From Dehalococcoidia bacterium (lineage in GTDB: Bacteria; Chloroflexota; Dehalococcoidia; UBA2979): a stretch of DNA of 64,000 nt. A model generated the notes under the pieces. That model did not search any database, was not told the DNA's origin, and saw only the letters and a program-made list of their open reading frames with translations. The translations under genes were made by a program, and so were the position numbers. Below, in pieces: positions 1-8,722 of the stretch (position 1 is the first letter of the stretch; each line of letters starts with the position of its first letter). The stretch covers positions 224,001 through 288,000 of the forward strand of contig CAXXDN010000001.1 in the NCBI GenBank assembly GCA_963667465.2, in the 5' to 3' direction.

Positions 1-173
1 GCCGGGCTGCCGGTCGACGTCGCGCGGTCGAGCAGGGCCTCGATCTCCGCCTCGTCGTTGGCGACGGCTCTGGAGAAGAGCGGCGAGCCCGCGGCGTCGA
101 GCACGTCGGCAAAGTGCTCCGCCTTCCCGATGTCGAGGCCGATCCACACGTCGATGTCGTCGGGCGTACCCAC
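1..173 (-). CDS. IS110-family transposase/recombinase, N-terminal fragment (runs off window)
   Basis: Translated by hand from GTG at 173: MGTPDDIDVWIGLDIGKAEHFADVLDAAGSPLFSRAVANDEAEIEALL. Matches the GLDxGK..H..ND start of the IS110 DEDD domain. GGAG RBS upstream. Absent from the ORF track. Confidence 0.9.
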   Translation of the reverse strand, partial: MGTPDDIDVWIGLDIGKAEHFADVLDAAGSPLFSRAVANDEAEIEALLDRATSTGSP

Positions 174-405
174 TGTGGCTCCCTTCGGTTGCTCGCCCAC
201 TCGTCCGGAAGGCCGCAGGTACGCTCGCCGTCATCCACCTTACGAATCAGCGATCCGCCGCATGTCCCCATCAGAGGTTCACGCACCGAACAGCGCCGGT
301 GGCAACACCCCCCAGGCCGTCGAGCGACAGGGGGCACTGAGCCATGCCGACGCTGCCGGACTTCCCGGTCTCAGACGCTACTGAGGCCGTACGGAGAAAG
401 TAAGG
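174..405 (-). ncRNA. Candidate IS110 bridge RNA (non-coding end)
   Basis: Long non-coding end upstream of an IS110 recombinase. Internal CCTTAC (238-243) is the reverse complement of the terminal GTAAGG, and GGGGGC (330-335) matches the flank. Confidence 0.6.
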
Positions 406-520
406 GGGCTGCGCCCCCCACAGCCCCCACCTGGAGGTTCTGGAGGTCGCACGCGGCTTCCGCTGATAGACACGGTCCGGCGAGCCCCCTCACCCCAACC
501 CTCTCCCCCAGGAGAGGGGG
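404..520. repeat. REP-like palindromes
   Basis: GGGGGCTGCGCCCCC (404-418) recurs at 53615-53629. CCCCTCACCCCAACCCTCTCCCCCAGGAGAGGGG (~486-520) belongs to the family seen at 53717-53870. Confidence 0.7.
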
Positions 521-540
521 TCGGATCGAGGGCACACCCA

Positions 541-730
541 ACCCTCGAGGGCAGATCCGGCCCCCTCGCCCCCCGAGGGAGCGGGCGGGGGTGAGGGGGT
601 CCGACGCCCAGGGGACGACAACCCTCGAGGGCAGACCCGGCCCCTTCGCCCCCCGAGGGAGCGGGCGGGGGTGAGGGGGTCCGACGCCCAGGGGACGACA
701 ACCCTCGAGGGCGCACCCGCCCCCTCGCCC
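541..730. repeat. 80-bp tandem repeat (~2.3 copies) built from REP-like units
   Basis: ACCCTCGAGGGC starts at 541, 621 and 701; the first two units are nearly identical. Confidence 0.9.
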
Positions 731-818
731 GGACACGGAGAGACATTGACAAACCTCGAAGCCCACGCGAGAGCGCGGTGCGGGCTACGATGCCGGCAGG
801 CACGGAACGGAGGCAGCG

Positions 819-1115
819 ATGCCGAGACCACAGAAGCTGAGTGACGCCGAGATCGAGGAGCAGCTCGCCGGCCTCGCTGGCTGGAGCCGCGAGGGCGATG
901 AGATCGTGACCGAGTTCCAGCTGGACGACTTCGTCGCGGCAGTCGGGCTGATCGCGCAGATCGGCGTGCTCGCCGAGCGGATGAACCACCACCCGACGCT
1001 GACCAATACCTACAACCGCGTCGGCGTGGCCCTCAACACGCACGACGCGGGCGGCATCACCGAGTACGACTTCTCGCTCGCCACGGAGATCAACCAGCGT
1101 GCGGGCAGGGGATAG
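819..1115 (+). CDS. phhB: Pterin-4a-carbinolamine dehydratase
   Basis: AERMNHHP and THDAGGITEYD motifs; 98 aa. Confidence 0.9.
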   Translation: MPRPQKLSDAEIEEQLAGLAGWSREGDEIVTEFQLDDFVAAVGLIAQIGVLAERMNHHPTLTNTYNRVGVALNTHDAGGITEYDFSLATEINQRAGRG

Positions 1116-1120
1116 GCTCG

Positions 1121-1984
1121 ATGAGCCTCGATAGCCTGCGAATCGGCATCTCGCTCCCCGTCCGCGAGCTCGAGAACGACCTCGCGGGCATCCGCGACTT
1201 CGCCCGGACCGCCGAGGAGCTGGGCTTCACCCACCTGCGCATCCCGGACATGGTCATGCGCCCGGGCGGCGGTCACCTCCACGAGCCGCTGACGCTGCTC
1301 AGCTGGGTGGCGGCGCTGACCTCGGCAATCGAGCTCGTGCCCTCGGTGATCATCCTGCCCGCGCGGCAGACGGCGCTCGTCGCCAAGCAGGCGGCGGAGC
1401 TCGACGTGCTGAGCGGCGGCCGGCTGCGGCTCGGCGTCGGCGTCGGGCGCAGCGCCGAGGAGTACGCGGCGCTGGGGCAGGACTACCGCACCCGCGGCCG
1501 CCGCTGCGACGAGCAGATCGAGCTGCTGCGGCTGCTCTGGACGCAGGGCGAGGTGACCTTCGAGGGCGAGTGGGACCGCGTCGAGGGAGCCGGCATCAAC
1601 CCGCTGCCGGTGCAGCGCCCGATCCCGATCTGGATCGGCCCCGGCGGTGGCGGGCAGGCGCCTGCGGTGCTGCGCCGCGTCGGCCGCCTCGCCGACGGCT
1701 GGTTCGCGATCATCCCGCGGGAGGCCATGCCCGCCGCCAGCGCACAGATCGCCGAGGAAGCCGAGGCCGCGGGGCGCGACGCCGCCGCGATCGGCGTCGA
1801 GGCCGCCGTGGCAATCACTGGCAAGCAGCCGGGCGAGTGGCTCGCCGAGGCGCACGCCTGGGCCGAGGCGGGCGCGACGCACCTCTGCCTCCGCACGCTC
1901 GGTGGCGGCCTCGATGCGGCGGGCCACCTCGCCGCGCTCCGCGAGGCGCGCGCGGTTCTCGACTCGGCGCAGGCGGCGCGCTGA
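1121..1984 (+). CDS. LLM class (probably F420-dependent) oxidoreductase
   Basis: AKQAAELDVLSGGRLRLGVGVG and PVQRPIPIWIG luciferase-like motifs. Confidence 0.88.
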   Translation: MSLDSLRIGISLPVRELENDLAGIRDFARTAEELGFTHLRIPDMVMRPGGGHLHEPLTLLSWVAALTSAIELVPSVIILPARQTALVAKQAAELDVLSGGRLRLGVGVGRSAEEYAALGQDYRTRGRRCDEQIELLRLLWTQGEVTFEGEWDRVEGAGINPLPVQRPIPIWIGPGGGGQAPAVLRRVGRLADGWFAIIPREAMPAASAQIAEEAEAAGRDAAAIGVEAAVAITGKQPGEWLAEAHAWAEAGATHLCLRTLGGGLDAAGHLAALREARAVLDSAQAAR

Positions 1985-1987
1985 GGC

Positions 1988-2308
1988 TCAGGCGAGCTTG
2001 ACGGCCGTCCCGTAGACCAGCACCTCGGCCGCGCCCTGGGCGACGGCGGCCGTCGCCATCCGCACGGCGACGATGGCGTCCGCGCCCTGCTGCTCCGCGT
2101 CCTCCTGGAGCGCTGCGAAGGCCTGCTCGCGTGACTCCACCAGCAGCTGCTGGTAGGCGCCGATCTGGCCGCCGACGAGATTCTTGAGGCCCGCGAGGAT
2201 GTCGCGGCCCACGTGCCGCGCGCGCACCGCGTTGGCGCTCACGAGGCCGATCGTCTCGCTGATCTCGCGGCCGGGGATGGTGTCGGACGTGGTCATGATC
2301 ATCTGCAT
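1988..2308 (-). CDS. YbjQ family protein (UPF0145)
   Basis: TTSDTIPGREI..GRDILAGLKNLVGG..GADAIVAVR..YGTAVKL; AAGGAG RBS before ATG at 2308. Confidence 0.88.
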   Translation of the reverse strand: MQMIMTTSDTIPGREISETIGLVSANAVRARHVGRDILAGLKNLVGGQIGAYQQLLVESREQAFAALQEDAEQQGADAIVAVRMATAAVAQGAAEVLVYGTAVKLA

Positions 2309-2415
2309 GCTCCTTCGCGTGCGCACTCCATCCTCGCGCATCCGCGCGCCCGGCGCAGCGCGGCAGCCAGGAGCCGGCGACGCCAGAGTCGAGGTCGCTG
2401 CGCTAGGCTTGCCGC

Positions 2416-3108
2416 ATGACACACCATGCGGCGGCAATCCTCCTCGCGGCAGGCGTCTCGCGACGCATGGGCGGCGTCGACAAGGTCTGGGCCGAGGTCT
2501 GCGGACGTCCGCTGCTCGCCCTCTCGCTCGAACGCCTCGCCACCGTCGACGCGATCGAGGAGCTCGTGGTCGTCGCCCCGGGCGCGCGCCACATCGAGAT
2601 CGGCGAACTCGCGTTCGCGCTCGGCGTGAGCCCCAGGCTGCCGCTCCGCTGCGTCGAGGGCGGCGAGCGGCGCCGCGACTCGGTCGCGGCCGGCCTGGCG
2701 GCGCTGCCCGGCGCACGCTGGGTGCTGGTCCACGACTCGGCCCGGCCGCTGGCGAGCAGCACGCTCGCCTCGAGGGCGCTCGCCGCAGCGCGCGAGAGCG
2801 GGGCCGCGGTGCCCGGCCTGCCCGTCGCCGACACGATCAAGCGCGTCGACGGCGAGGGGCTGGTGCGGGAAACGCCGGACCGCGCCTCGCTGCGCGCGAT
2901 CCAGACGCCGCAGGCCTTCGACGCCGCCCTGCTGCGTCGCGCCCACGCGGAGATCGAAGGCGACGCCACCGACGACGCCGCGCTCGTCGAGCAGCTCGGC
3001 GCGCCGGTCCGCGTCATCGAGGGCGAGCCGCAGGCCTTCAAGGTGACGACCGCCGCGGACCTCGACCGCCTGCGCGCGCTGATCGCGGACGCCGGGACTG
3101 CTCCCTGA
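2416..3108 (+). CDS. ispD: 2-C-methyl-D-erythritol 4-phosphate cytidylyltransferase
   Basis: LAAGVSRRMG, GGERRRDSV, VHDSARP, QTPQAF, TDDA, KVTT motifs. Confidence 0.95.
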   Translation: MTHHAAAILLAAGVSRRMGGVDKVWAEVCGRPLLALSLERLATVDAIEELVVVAPGARHIEIGELAFALGVSPRLPLRCVEGGERRRDSVAAGLAALPGARWVLVHDSARPLASSTLASRALAAARESGAAVPGLPVADTIKRVDGEGLVRETPDRASLRAIQTPQAFDAALLRRAHAEIEGDATDDAALVEQLGAPVRVIEGEPQAFKVTTAADLDRLRALIADAGTAP

Positions 3109-3587
3109 TGCGCATCGGCGCGGGCTACGACGTGCATCGCTTTGGCGAGAGCGGCGAGTTGCGCCTCGGCGGCATCGAGATCGCCGAGGCGCCCGCGCTG
3201 ATCGGCCACAGCGATGGCGACGCGCTGATCCACGCCGTGATCGACGCGCTGCTCGGCGCGGCGGGCGAGGGCGATATCGGCGAGCACTTCCCGCCGGGCG
3301 ACCCCGCCACGGCGGGCATCGACAGCCGCGAGCTGCTGACGCGTGTCATGCGCCTGGTCGCGGCGCGCGGCTACCGCGTCGTCAACGTCGACGCGACCGT
3401 CATCGCCGAGCGCCCCCGCCTGCGCCCGCACATCGCCGCCATGCGCGAGGCCCTCGCCCGCGACCTCGGCGTCGAAGCCGGCGCCGTCAACGTCAAAGCG
3501 ACGACAAACGAGGGCCTCGGCGCCATCGGCGCCGGCGAGGCGGTGGCCGCCCACGCCGTCGCCCTGCTGGATGAGGGTGCGGGGTAG
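3108..3587 (+). CDS. ispF: 2-C-methyl-D-erythritol 2,4-cyclodiphosphate synthase
   Basis: MRIGAGYDVH, GHSDGDALIHA, GDIGEHFP, NVKATTNEGLG; ATG overlaps the ispD stop. Confidence 0.95.
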   Translation: MRIGAGYDVHRFGESGELRLGGIEIAEAPALIGHSDGDALIHAVIDALLGAAGEGDIGEHFPPGDPATAGIDSRELLTRVMRLVAARGYRVVNVDATVIAERPRLRPHIAAMREALARDLGVEAGAVNVKATTNEGLGAIGAGEAVAAHAVALLDEGAG

Positions 3588-3598
3588 GGGGTGCGTGG

Positions 3599-3627
3599 AA
3601 TAAAGAATGGGGCCCCGAAGGGCCCCA
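3599..3627 (-). terminator. Intrinsic terminator-like hairpin on the minus strand
   Basis: TGGGGCCC-TTCG-GGGCCCCA (8-bp stem, cUUCGg loop) followed by TTCTTTATT on the minus strand. Confidence 0.6.
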
Positions 3628-3782
3628 AGCCTCGCCTCCGCCCTCAGGGCCGCTAAGCCCATCAGGCTAAAGGGCACGAGGCCTACGCATCGTCGTCAGA
3701 CAGCCAGCGCCCCAAGCCAGAGGAGCCTGGAGCGCGGCGCTGGTCCCCACGGATGGCGTTCATACCGTGGTAGGATGTCGCC

Positions 3783-4028
3783 ATGCCGGTAGAGAAGATC
3801 AGCATCTCGCTCGACGCCGGGCTGGGCGATGCCGTTCGCCAGGCTGCGCGGCGCGACGACAAGGGGCTCTCCGCCTGGCTGGCCGAGGCGGCCAGGGCGA
3901 AGCTGCGTGCGGAGGCGCTCGGAGCCTTCCTCGACGCCTGGGAGCAGGAGCACGGCCCGGTCACCACCGAGGAACTGCGGCGCGCCGAGGCCGAGCTGGG
4001 GCTCCTCGCGGAGGCCCCCTCCGCTTGA
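3783..4028 (+). CDS. Putative antitoxin (ribbon-helix-helix-like)
   Basis: EKISISLD..LSAWLAEAA..EHGPVTTEEL; stop overlaps the downstream PIN gene. Confidence 0.75.
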   Translation: MPVEKISISLDAGLGDAVRQAARRDDKGLSAWLAEAARAKLRAEALGAFLDAWEQEHGPVTTEELRRAEAELGLLAEAPSA

Positions 4029-4408
4029 GCGCACTCGTGCTTGACGCGGGCGCGTTCATCGCCGTCGATCGCGACGACCGCGCCATGATCGCGCGCCTGC
4101 GAGCCGCCGAGCAGCATGAGATCGGGCTTCGTACGAGCGCAATCGTCGTCGCCCAGGTATGGCGCGATCCGGCCGGCCGGCAGGCGCGGTTGGCGCACTT
4201 GCTCCACGCTGTGGACATCCGGGCCGTGGACGATCGGCTTGCGCGCGATGCCGGCGTCCTGCTTGGACGCGCGGGCACCGCCGACCCGATCGACGCGACC
4301 GTGGTCCTCGTCGCCGAGAGTGGCGATCGCATTCTCACCAGCGACCCCGGCGACCTGCGCCGCCTCGCCGACACTGCCGGTGCGCGCGTTGCCGTGGTCC
4401 CCTGCTGA
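4025..4408 (+). CDS. PIN-domain toxin (VapC-like)
   Basis: TTG start; LVLDAGAFIA..DPIDATVV..ILTSDPGDL acidic PIN motifs. Confidence 0.8.
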   Translation: MSALVLDAGAFIAVDRDDRAMIARLRAAEQHEIGLRTSAIVVAQVWRDPAGRQARLAHLLHAVDIRAVDDRLARDAGVLLGRAGTADPIDATVVLVAESGDRILTSDPGDLRRLADTAGARVAVVPC

Positions 4409-4614
4409 CGGCCCCTGACCGCGTCATCGCACGGCGTGGTCCACACCGCCCACCACAGACAGTCGTCTTCAGGCCAATCGGTAAGCCGCTCCGCGATGAG
4501 CCCTTCGCAAGCGCCCTCGCGTCGATCGGCACCAAGGCGGCATAGCGCCGCCCACCCGGCCGCACACCCCGCGTGTGCGATAATGGCGCGCGGCGGAGCG
4601 GAGGAACCCGCGAG

Positions 4615-5301
4615 ATGAGCTGGCTGCGCGCACTGCGCGAGGACATCGAGGCGGCGCAGGACCGCGACCCGGCGGCGCGCGGCGCACTCGAGGTGCTGCT
4701 CACCTACCCCGGCATCCACGCCCTCATGGTGCAGCGCATCACCCACGAGGCCGCCCTGCTCGGCGTGCCCCTGCTGCCCCGCCTGATCTCGCACATCGCC
4801 CGCTTCCTCACCGGCATCGAGCTCCACCCCCTGGCGACCATCGGGCGGCGCTGCTTCATCGACCACGGCATGGGCGTGGTGATCGGCGAGACGGCGATCA
4901 TCGGCGACGACTGCCACCTCTACCAGGGCGTCACCCTCGGCGGCACCTCGACCCGGCGCGAGAAGCGCCACCCCACGCTCGAGGACGGCGTCGTGGTTGG
5001 CGCGGGCGCGAAGATCATCGGCGACGTCACCATCGGCCATAACTCGCGCATCGGCGCGGGCGCCGTCGTCGTCTCCAGCGTGCCGCCCAACGCCACCGTC
5101 GTCGGCGTGCCCGGCCACGTCGTCGCCTTCACCAACCAGAGCAACGACACCGTCGAGCGCCTCCCCGACCCCGAGTGGGACCGCATCGAGGAGCTGGAGC
5201 GGCGCATCGCGCGCCTCGAGCGCGAGCGCCAGCCCGCCCCGACCGCCTCGGGCTCGAGCTCGCCCGGCGGCTTCGACGGCGGCGCGGCGCGCGAGCCCTA
5301 G
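4615..5301 (+). CDS. cysE: Serine O-acetyltransferase
   Basis: [39 protein letters not shown] hexapeptide repeats. Confidence 0.95.
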   Translation: MSWLRALREDIEAAQDRDPAARGALEVLLTYPGIHALMVQRITHEAALLGVPLLPRLISHIARFLTGIELHPLATIGRRCFIDHGMGVVIGETAIIGDDCHLYQGVTLGGTSTRREKRHPTLEDGVVVGAGAKIIGDVTIGHNSRIGAGAVVVSSVPPNATVVGVPGHVVAFTNQSNDTVERLPDPEWDRIEELERRIARLERERQPAPTASGSSSPGGFDGGAAREP

Positions 5302-5341
5302 CCAGCACGCGATCGCAGGCAGGACCAACGGAGCGCTTGCG

Positions 5342-6790
5342 ATGCGCCTGACCAACACCCTCAGCGGCGCCGTCGAGGACTTCCGGCCCCTCGAGGACGG
5401 ACGCGTCGGCATCTACGTCTGCGGCGTCACGCCCTACGAGGAGAGCCACTTCGGCCACGCCCAGTACGCGATCATCTTCGATGCCTTCATCCGCTACCTG
5501 CGCTGGAACGGCGCGCCCGGCGGCGGCGCCGAGGTGACCTACGTCTCCAACTACACCGACATCGACGACAAGGTGATCGACCGCGCCGCCGCGCTGGGCC
5601 GCGACCCGCTCGACCTCGTGAACGATCAGATCGCGCTGTGGGAGAGCCAGCAGCGCGCGCTCAACGTGCGGGAGCCGGACGTGCGCCCGCGCGTCACCGA
5701 GCACATCGAGACGATCGTCGAGGCGATCGAGCGGATCATCGAGGCCGGCTACGGCTACGCCACCGCCGCGGGCGACGTCTACTACCGCGTGCGCGCGATG
5801 GCGGACTACGGGAAGCTCTCGCACCGCAATATCGAGGAGCTGCGCGCCGGCACGCGCGGCGAGCCCGGCGAGGGCAAGGAGTTCCCGCTCGACTTCGCGC
5901 TCTGGAAGGCGCTGAAGCCCGGCGAGCCGAACTGGCCCTCGCCGTGGGGCGCGGGGCGGCCCGGCTGGCACATCGAGTGCTCCGCGATGTCGCAGCGCTA
6001 CCTCGGCGCCTCGTTCGACATCCACGGCGGCGGCGTGGACCTCGTCTTCCCGCACCACGAGAACGAGGTCGCGCAGGCCGAGGCGGTAAGCGGCCCCGGC
6101 TCGTTCGCCCGGATCTGGCTGCACAACGGCCTCGTGCAGCGCGACGGCGAGAAGATGTCGAAGTCGATCGGCAACGTCGTCACCGTGCGCGACGCGCTCG
6201 AGACCTGGCGGCCGGACGCGCTGCGCCTGTTCGTCCTCGAAGGCCACTACCGGCGCCCCAACAACCTCACGGACGAGGCGCTGGCGGCGGCCGAGCGCGG
6301 CCTCGACCGGCTGCTCGCCGCCGTCCGCGACGAAGGCGCGGCCGCCGGCCCCGCATCGAGCGCAGGTCCGGCCGAGCGCGCCCGCTTCGTCGAGGCGCTG
6401 GAGGACGACTTCAGCACGCCGCGCGCGCTCGCCGCGATCTTCGACCTCGCGCGCACCATCAACCGCGAGCGGGACGCCGGGGCGGACGTGCGCCCGGCGC
6501 AGGCCGAACTGCGCGAGCTGGCCGGCGTGCTCGGCCTGCGCCTCGACGCCGCGGACGACGGCGAAGACGGGCTCGACGCCGTCGCGCTCTCGAAGCTGGC
6601 CGCGCGCCACGAGGTGGCCTGCGGCGGCAGCGATGCCGAGACGACGATCGAGGCGCTGCTGGCGCGCCGCCAGCAGGCCCGCGAGGAGCGCGACTTCGCC
6701 CTCGCCGACGCGATCCGCGCCGACCTCGCCGAGGCCGGCATCGAGGTGGAGGACACGCCTCGCGGCGCGCGCTGGAGCGCGGTGCGGTAG
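5342..6790 (+). CDS. cysS: Cysteine--tRNA ligase
   Basis: YVCGVTPY..HFGH, GRPGWHIECSAM, DIHGGGVDLVFPHHENE, KMSKS. Confidence 0.97.
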   Translation: MRLTNTLSGAVEDFRPLEDGRVGIYVCGVTPYEESHFGHAQYAIIFDAFIRYLRWNGAPGGGAEVTYVSNYTDIDDKVIDRAAALGRDPLDLVNDQIALWESQQRALNVREPDVRPRVTEHIETIVEAIERIIEAGYGYATAAGDVYYRVRAMADYGKLSHRNIEELRAGTRGEPGEGKEFPLDFALWKALKPGEPNWPSPWGAGRPGWHIECSAMSQRYLGASFDIHGGGVDLVFPHHENEVAQAEAVSGPGSFARIWLHNGLVQRDGEKMSKSIGNVVTVRDALETWRPDALRLFVLEGHYRRPNNLTDEALAAAERGLDRLLAAVRDEGAAAGPASSAGPAERARFVEALEDDFSTPRALAAIFDLARTINRERDAGADVRPAQAELRELAGVLGLRLDAADDGEDGLDAVALSKLAARHEVACGGSDAETTIEALLARRQQAREERDFALADAIRADLAEAGIEVEDTPRGARWSAVR

Positions 6791-6814
6791 GAGCGCGCTC
6801 GGCCCTGCCGTGAT

Positions 6815-6827
6815 ATACAATGTGTAT
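6815..6827 (+). promoter_or_regulatory. Putative mazEF operator and -10 region
   Basis: Inverted repeat ATACA-ATG-TGTAT overlapping TACAAT just upstream of mazE. Confidence 0.5.
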
Positions 6828-6842
6828 TCGCGAGGGGGTCAC

Positions 6843-7082
6843 ATGGGCGCTAGATCGCACGTCTCCAAGTGGGGTTCCAGCCTTGCTGTTCGCATACCCA
6901 AGCCCATCGCCGAGCAGTGGGGTGTTCAGGAGGGCTCGGTAATCGAGATCGTCTCGCGCGGCGACGAGGTCGTGCTACGCAAGCGGACATACGACCTGGC
7001 TGAGCTGGTCGCCAGGATGAACCCCGAGAATCAGCATCCTGAACAGGATTGGGGTGAGCCGCAGGGCGACGAGGCATGGTAG
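6843..7082 (+). CDS. mazE: AbrB/MazE antitoxin
   Basis: KWGSSLAVRIP..YDLAELVARMNPENQHPEQDWGEPQGDEAW. Confidence 0.9.
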   Translation: MGARSHVSKWGSSLAVRIPKPIAEQWGVQEGSVIEIVSRGDEVVLRKRTYDLAELVARMNPENQHPEQDWGEPQGDEAW

Positions 7083-7417
7083 ACGCTCCCTACGTCCCGA
7101 CTCGGGGCGACATCGTCTGGCTCAGCTTCTCGCCCCAGGCAGGTCACGAGCAGGCAGGCCACCGACCCGCCCTGGTTTTGAGCCCACGTGCGTACAACGA
7201 GCGTTCCAGCGTCGCCCTCGTCTGCCCGATCACATCAAGGATCAGTGAGCACCCTTTCGAGGTTCCCTTGCCGTCCGATGGCCCTGCAACAGGCGTAGTG
7301 CTGGCCGACCAGATCCGGAGTCTGGACTGGCGCGCCCGAGGCGCCCGCTTCGAGAGCCTGGCGCCACGGAAGGTTGTGGGAGACGTCCTGGCGAAGGTCC
7401 ACGTCCTCCTCGAGTAA
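7076..7417 (+). CDS. mazF: MazF/PemK endoribonuclease toxin
   Basis: GDIVWLSFSPQAGHEQAGHRPALVLSP..CPITS..DQIRSLDWRAR. Confidence 0.93.
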   Translation: MVDAPYVPTRGDIVWLSFSPQAGHEQAGHRPALVLSPRAYNERSSVALVCPITSRISEHPFEVPLPSDGPATGVVLADQIRSLDWRARGARFESLAPRKVVGDVLAKVHVLLE

Positions 7418-7482
7418 GGCGGAGGCTTGGTGCTGGTCGCGACCACAACCGCCCACCGCCGCATCGTGACTCCCCCGTAACC

Positions 7483-7521
7483 TGCCGCCCTGTATCCTTG
7501 CCGCCCTGTATCCTTGCCGCC
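7483..7521. repeat. 16-bp tandem repeat upstream of pntA
   Basis: TGCCGCCCTGTATCCT twice plus a partial third copy. Confidence 0.8.
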
Positions 7522-7549
7522 GTGCACGTAGCTCGAAGGTGATTGCCAC

Positions 7550-8719
7550 GTGATCGTTGGCGTAACGGCGGAGTCAGACCAGGGTGAGCGCCGCGTCGCG
7601 CTCGTCCCCGCCATCGTGTCCCGGCTCAGCGACAGCAGCGCCGAGGTGCTCATCGAGAGCGGCGCGGGCAGCGCGGCCGGCTTCGCCGACGAGGACTACA
7701 CCGCGGCCGGAGCGCGTATCGCCGGGAGCGCCGCCGAGGTGCTGGCCGTGGCAGACATCGTCGTCCGCATCGGCGCGCCCGCGGGCGACGCGGACCGCGA
7801 GGGCCTGCGCGAGGGGCAGACGCTCGTCGGGCTGCTCAACCCGCTTGGCAACGCCGCGGGCGTCGCGGCTCTCGCCGAGCGCGGCGTGAGCGCCTTCGCG
7901 CTCGAGTTGCTGCCGCGCATCAGCCGCGCGCAGCCGATGGACGCGCTCACCTCGATGGCCACGATCGCGGGCTACCGGGCGGTGTTGCTGGCCGCCGGGG
8001 CGCTCACGAAACTGTTCCCGTTGATGATGACCGCCGCCGGGACCGTCACCCCTGCCCGCGTGCTGGTAATCGGCGCCGGCGTCGCCGGCCTGCAGGCGAT
8101 CGCCACCGCGCGACGCCTCGGCGCGGTCGTGCACGCCTACGACGTCCGTCCCGCCGTCGCCGAGCAGGTCGAGAGCCTCGGCGCGCGCTTCGTCGAGCTC
8201 GAGCTCGACGCGGGCGACGCCGAGGACAGCGGCGGCTACGCGCAGGCGATGGGCGAGGACTTCTATGCCCGCCAGCGCGAGCTGCTCGGGAACGTCGTCG
8301 CCGAGAGCGACGTGGTGATCAGCACGGCCGCCGTGCCCGGCAGCGCAGCGCCGCTGCTCGTGACCGCCGACGCGGTCGCGCGCATGAAGGCGGGCTCCGT
8401 GATCGTCGATCTCGCCGCCGAGACCGGCGGAAATTGCGAGCTGACCCGCGCCGGCGAGGACGTGAAGGCCGCTGGCGTCACCATCTTCGGACCACTCAAC
8501 CTGCCCGCAGAGGCACCCTTCGACGCAAGCCAGATGTACGCGCGGAACGTCACCGCCTTCCTCGGGCATGTGTTGCAGGATGGCGAGCTCGCGCTCGACC
8601 GCGACGACGAGATCGTGAGCGGCGCGCTCGTCACGCACGGCGGCCAGGTGGTGCATCCGCGGGTGCGCGAGCAGCTGGGACTCCCGGGGCTCGAGCCGCA
8701 GCCCGCAGGAACGGAGTAG
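7550..8719 (+). CDS. pntAA: NAD(P) transhydrogenase subunit alpha, part 1 (dI)
   Basis: ERRVALVP, PRISRAQPMDAL, GAGVAGLQAIATA, GGNCELT. Confidence 0.95.
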   Translation: MIVGVTAESDQGERRVALVPAIVSRLSDSSAEVLIESGAGSAAGFADEDYTAAGARIAGSAAEVLAVADIVVRIGAPAGDADREGLREGQTLVGLLNPLGNAAGVAALAERGVSAFALELLPRISRAQPMDALTSMATIAGYRAVLLAAGALTKLFPLMMTAAGTVTPARVLVIGAGVAGLQAIATARRLGAVVHAYDVRPAVAEQVESLGARFVELELDAGDAEDSGGYAQAMGEDFYARQRELLGNVVAESDVVISTAAVPGSAAPLLVTADAVARMKAGSVIVDLAAETGGNCELTRAGEDVKAAGVTIFGPLNLPAEAPFDASQMYARNVTAFLGHVLQDGELALDRDDEIVSGALVTHGGQVVHPRVREQLGLPGLEPQPAGTE

Positions 8720-8722
8720 CCG

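Larger units (their letters stand above)
1..405 (-). mobile_element. IS110-family insertion sequence, left part
   Basis: Transposase start plus ~230 bp non-coding leader ending at GTAAGG (400-405), next to a REP-like palindrome. The boundary is inferred. Confidence 0.75.

Noticed and set aside
541-730. Possible CRISPR array
   Set aside because: The units are identical end to end with no unique spacers, and no cas genes are in the window.
58-1043. Several 100-220-aa ORFs over the IS end and repeats
   Set aside because: They are translations of non-coding or repeat DNA, or antisense shadows, with no recognisable motifs.
4410-4560. Possible gene remnant (minus strand LIAERLTDWPEDDCLWWAVWTTP) after the PIN toxin
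   Set aside because: Too short, no start or RBS, and no family I can recognise.
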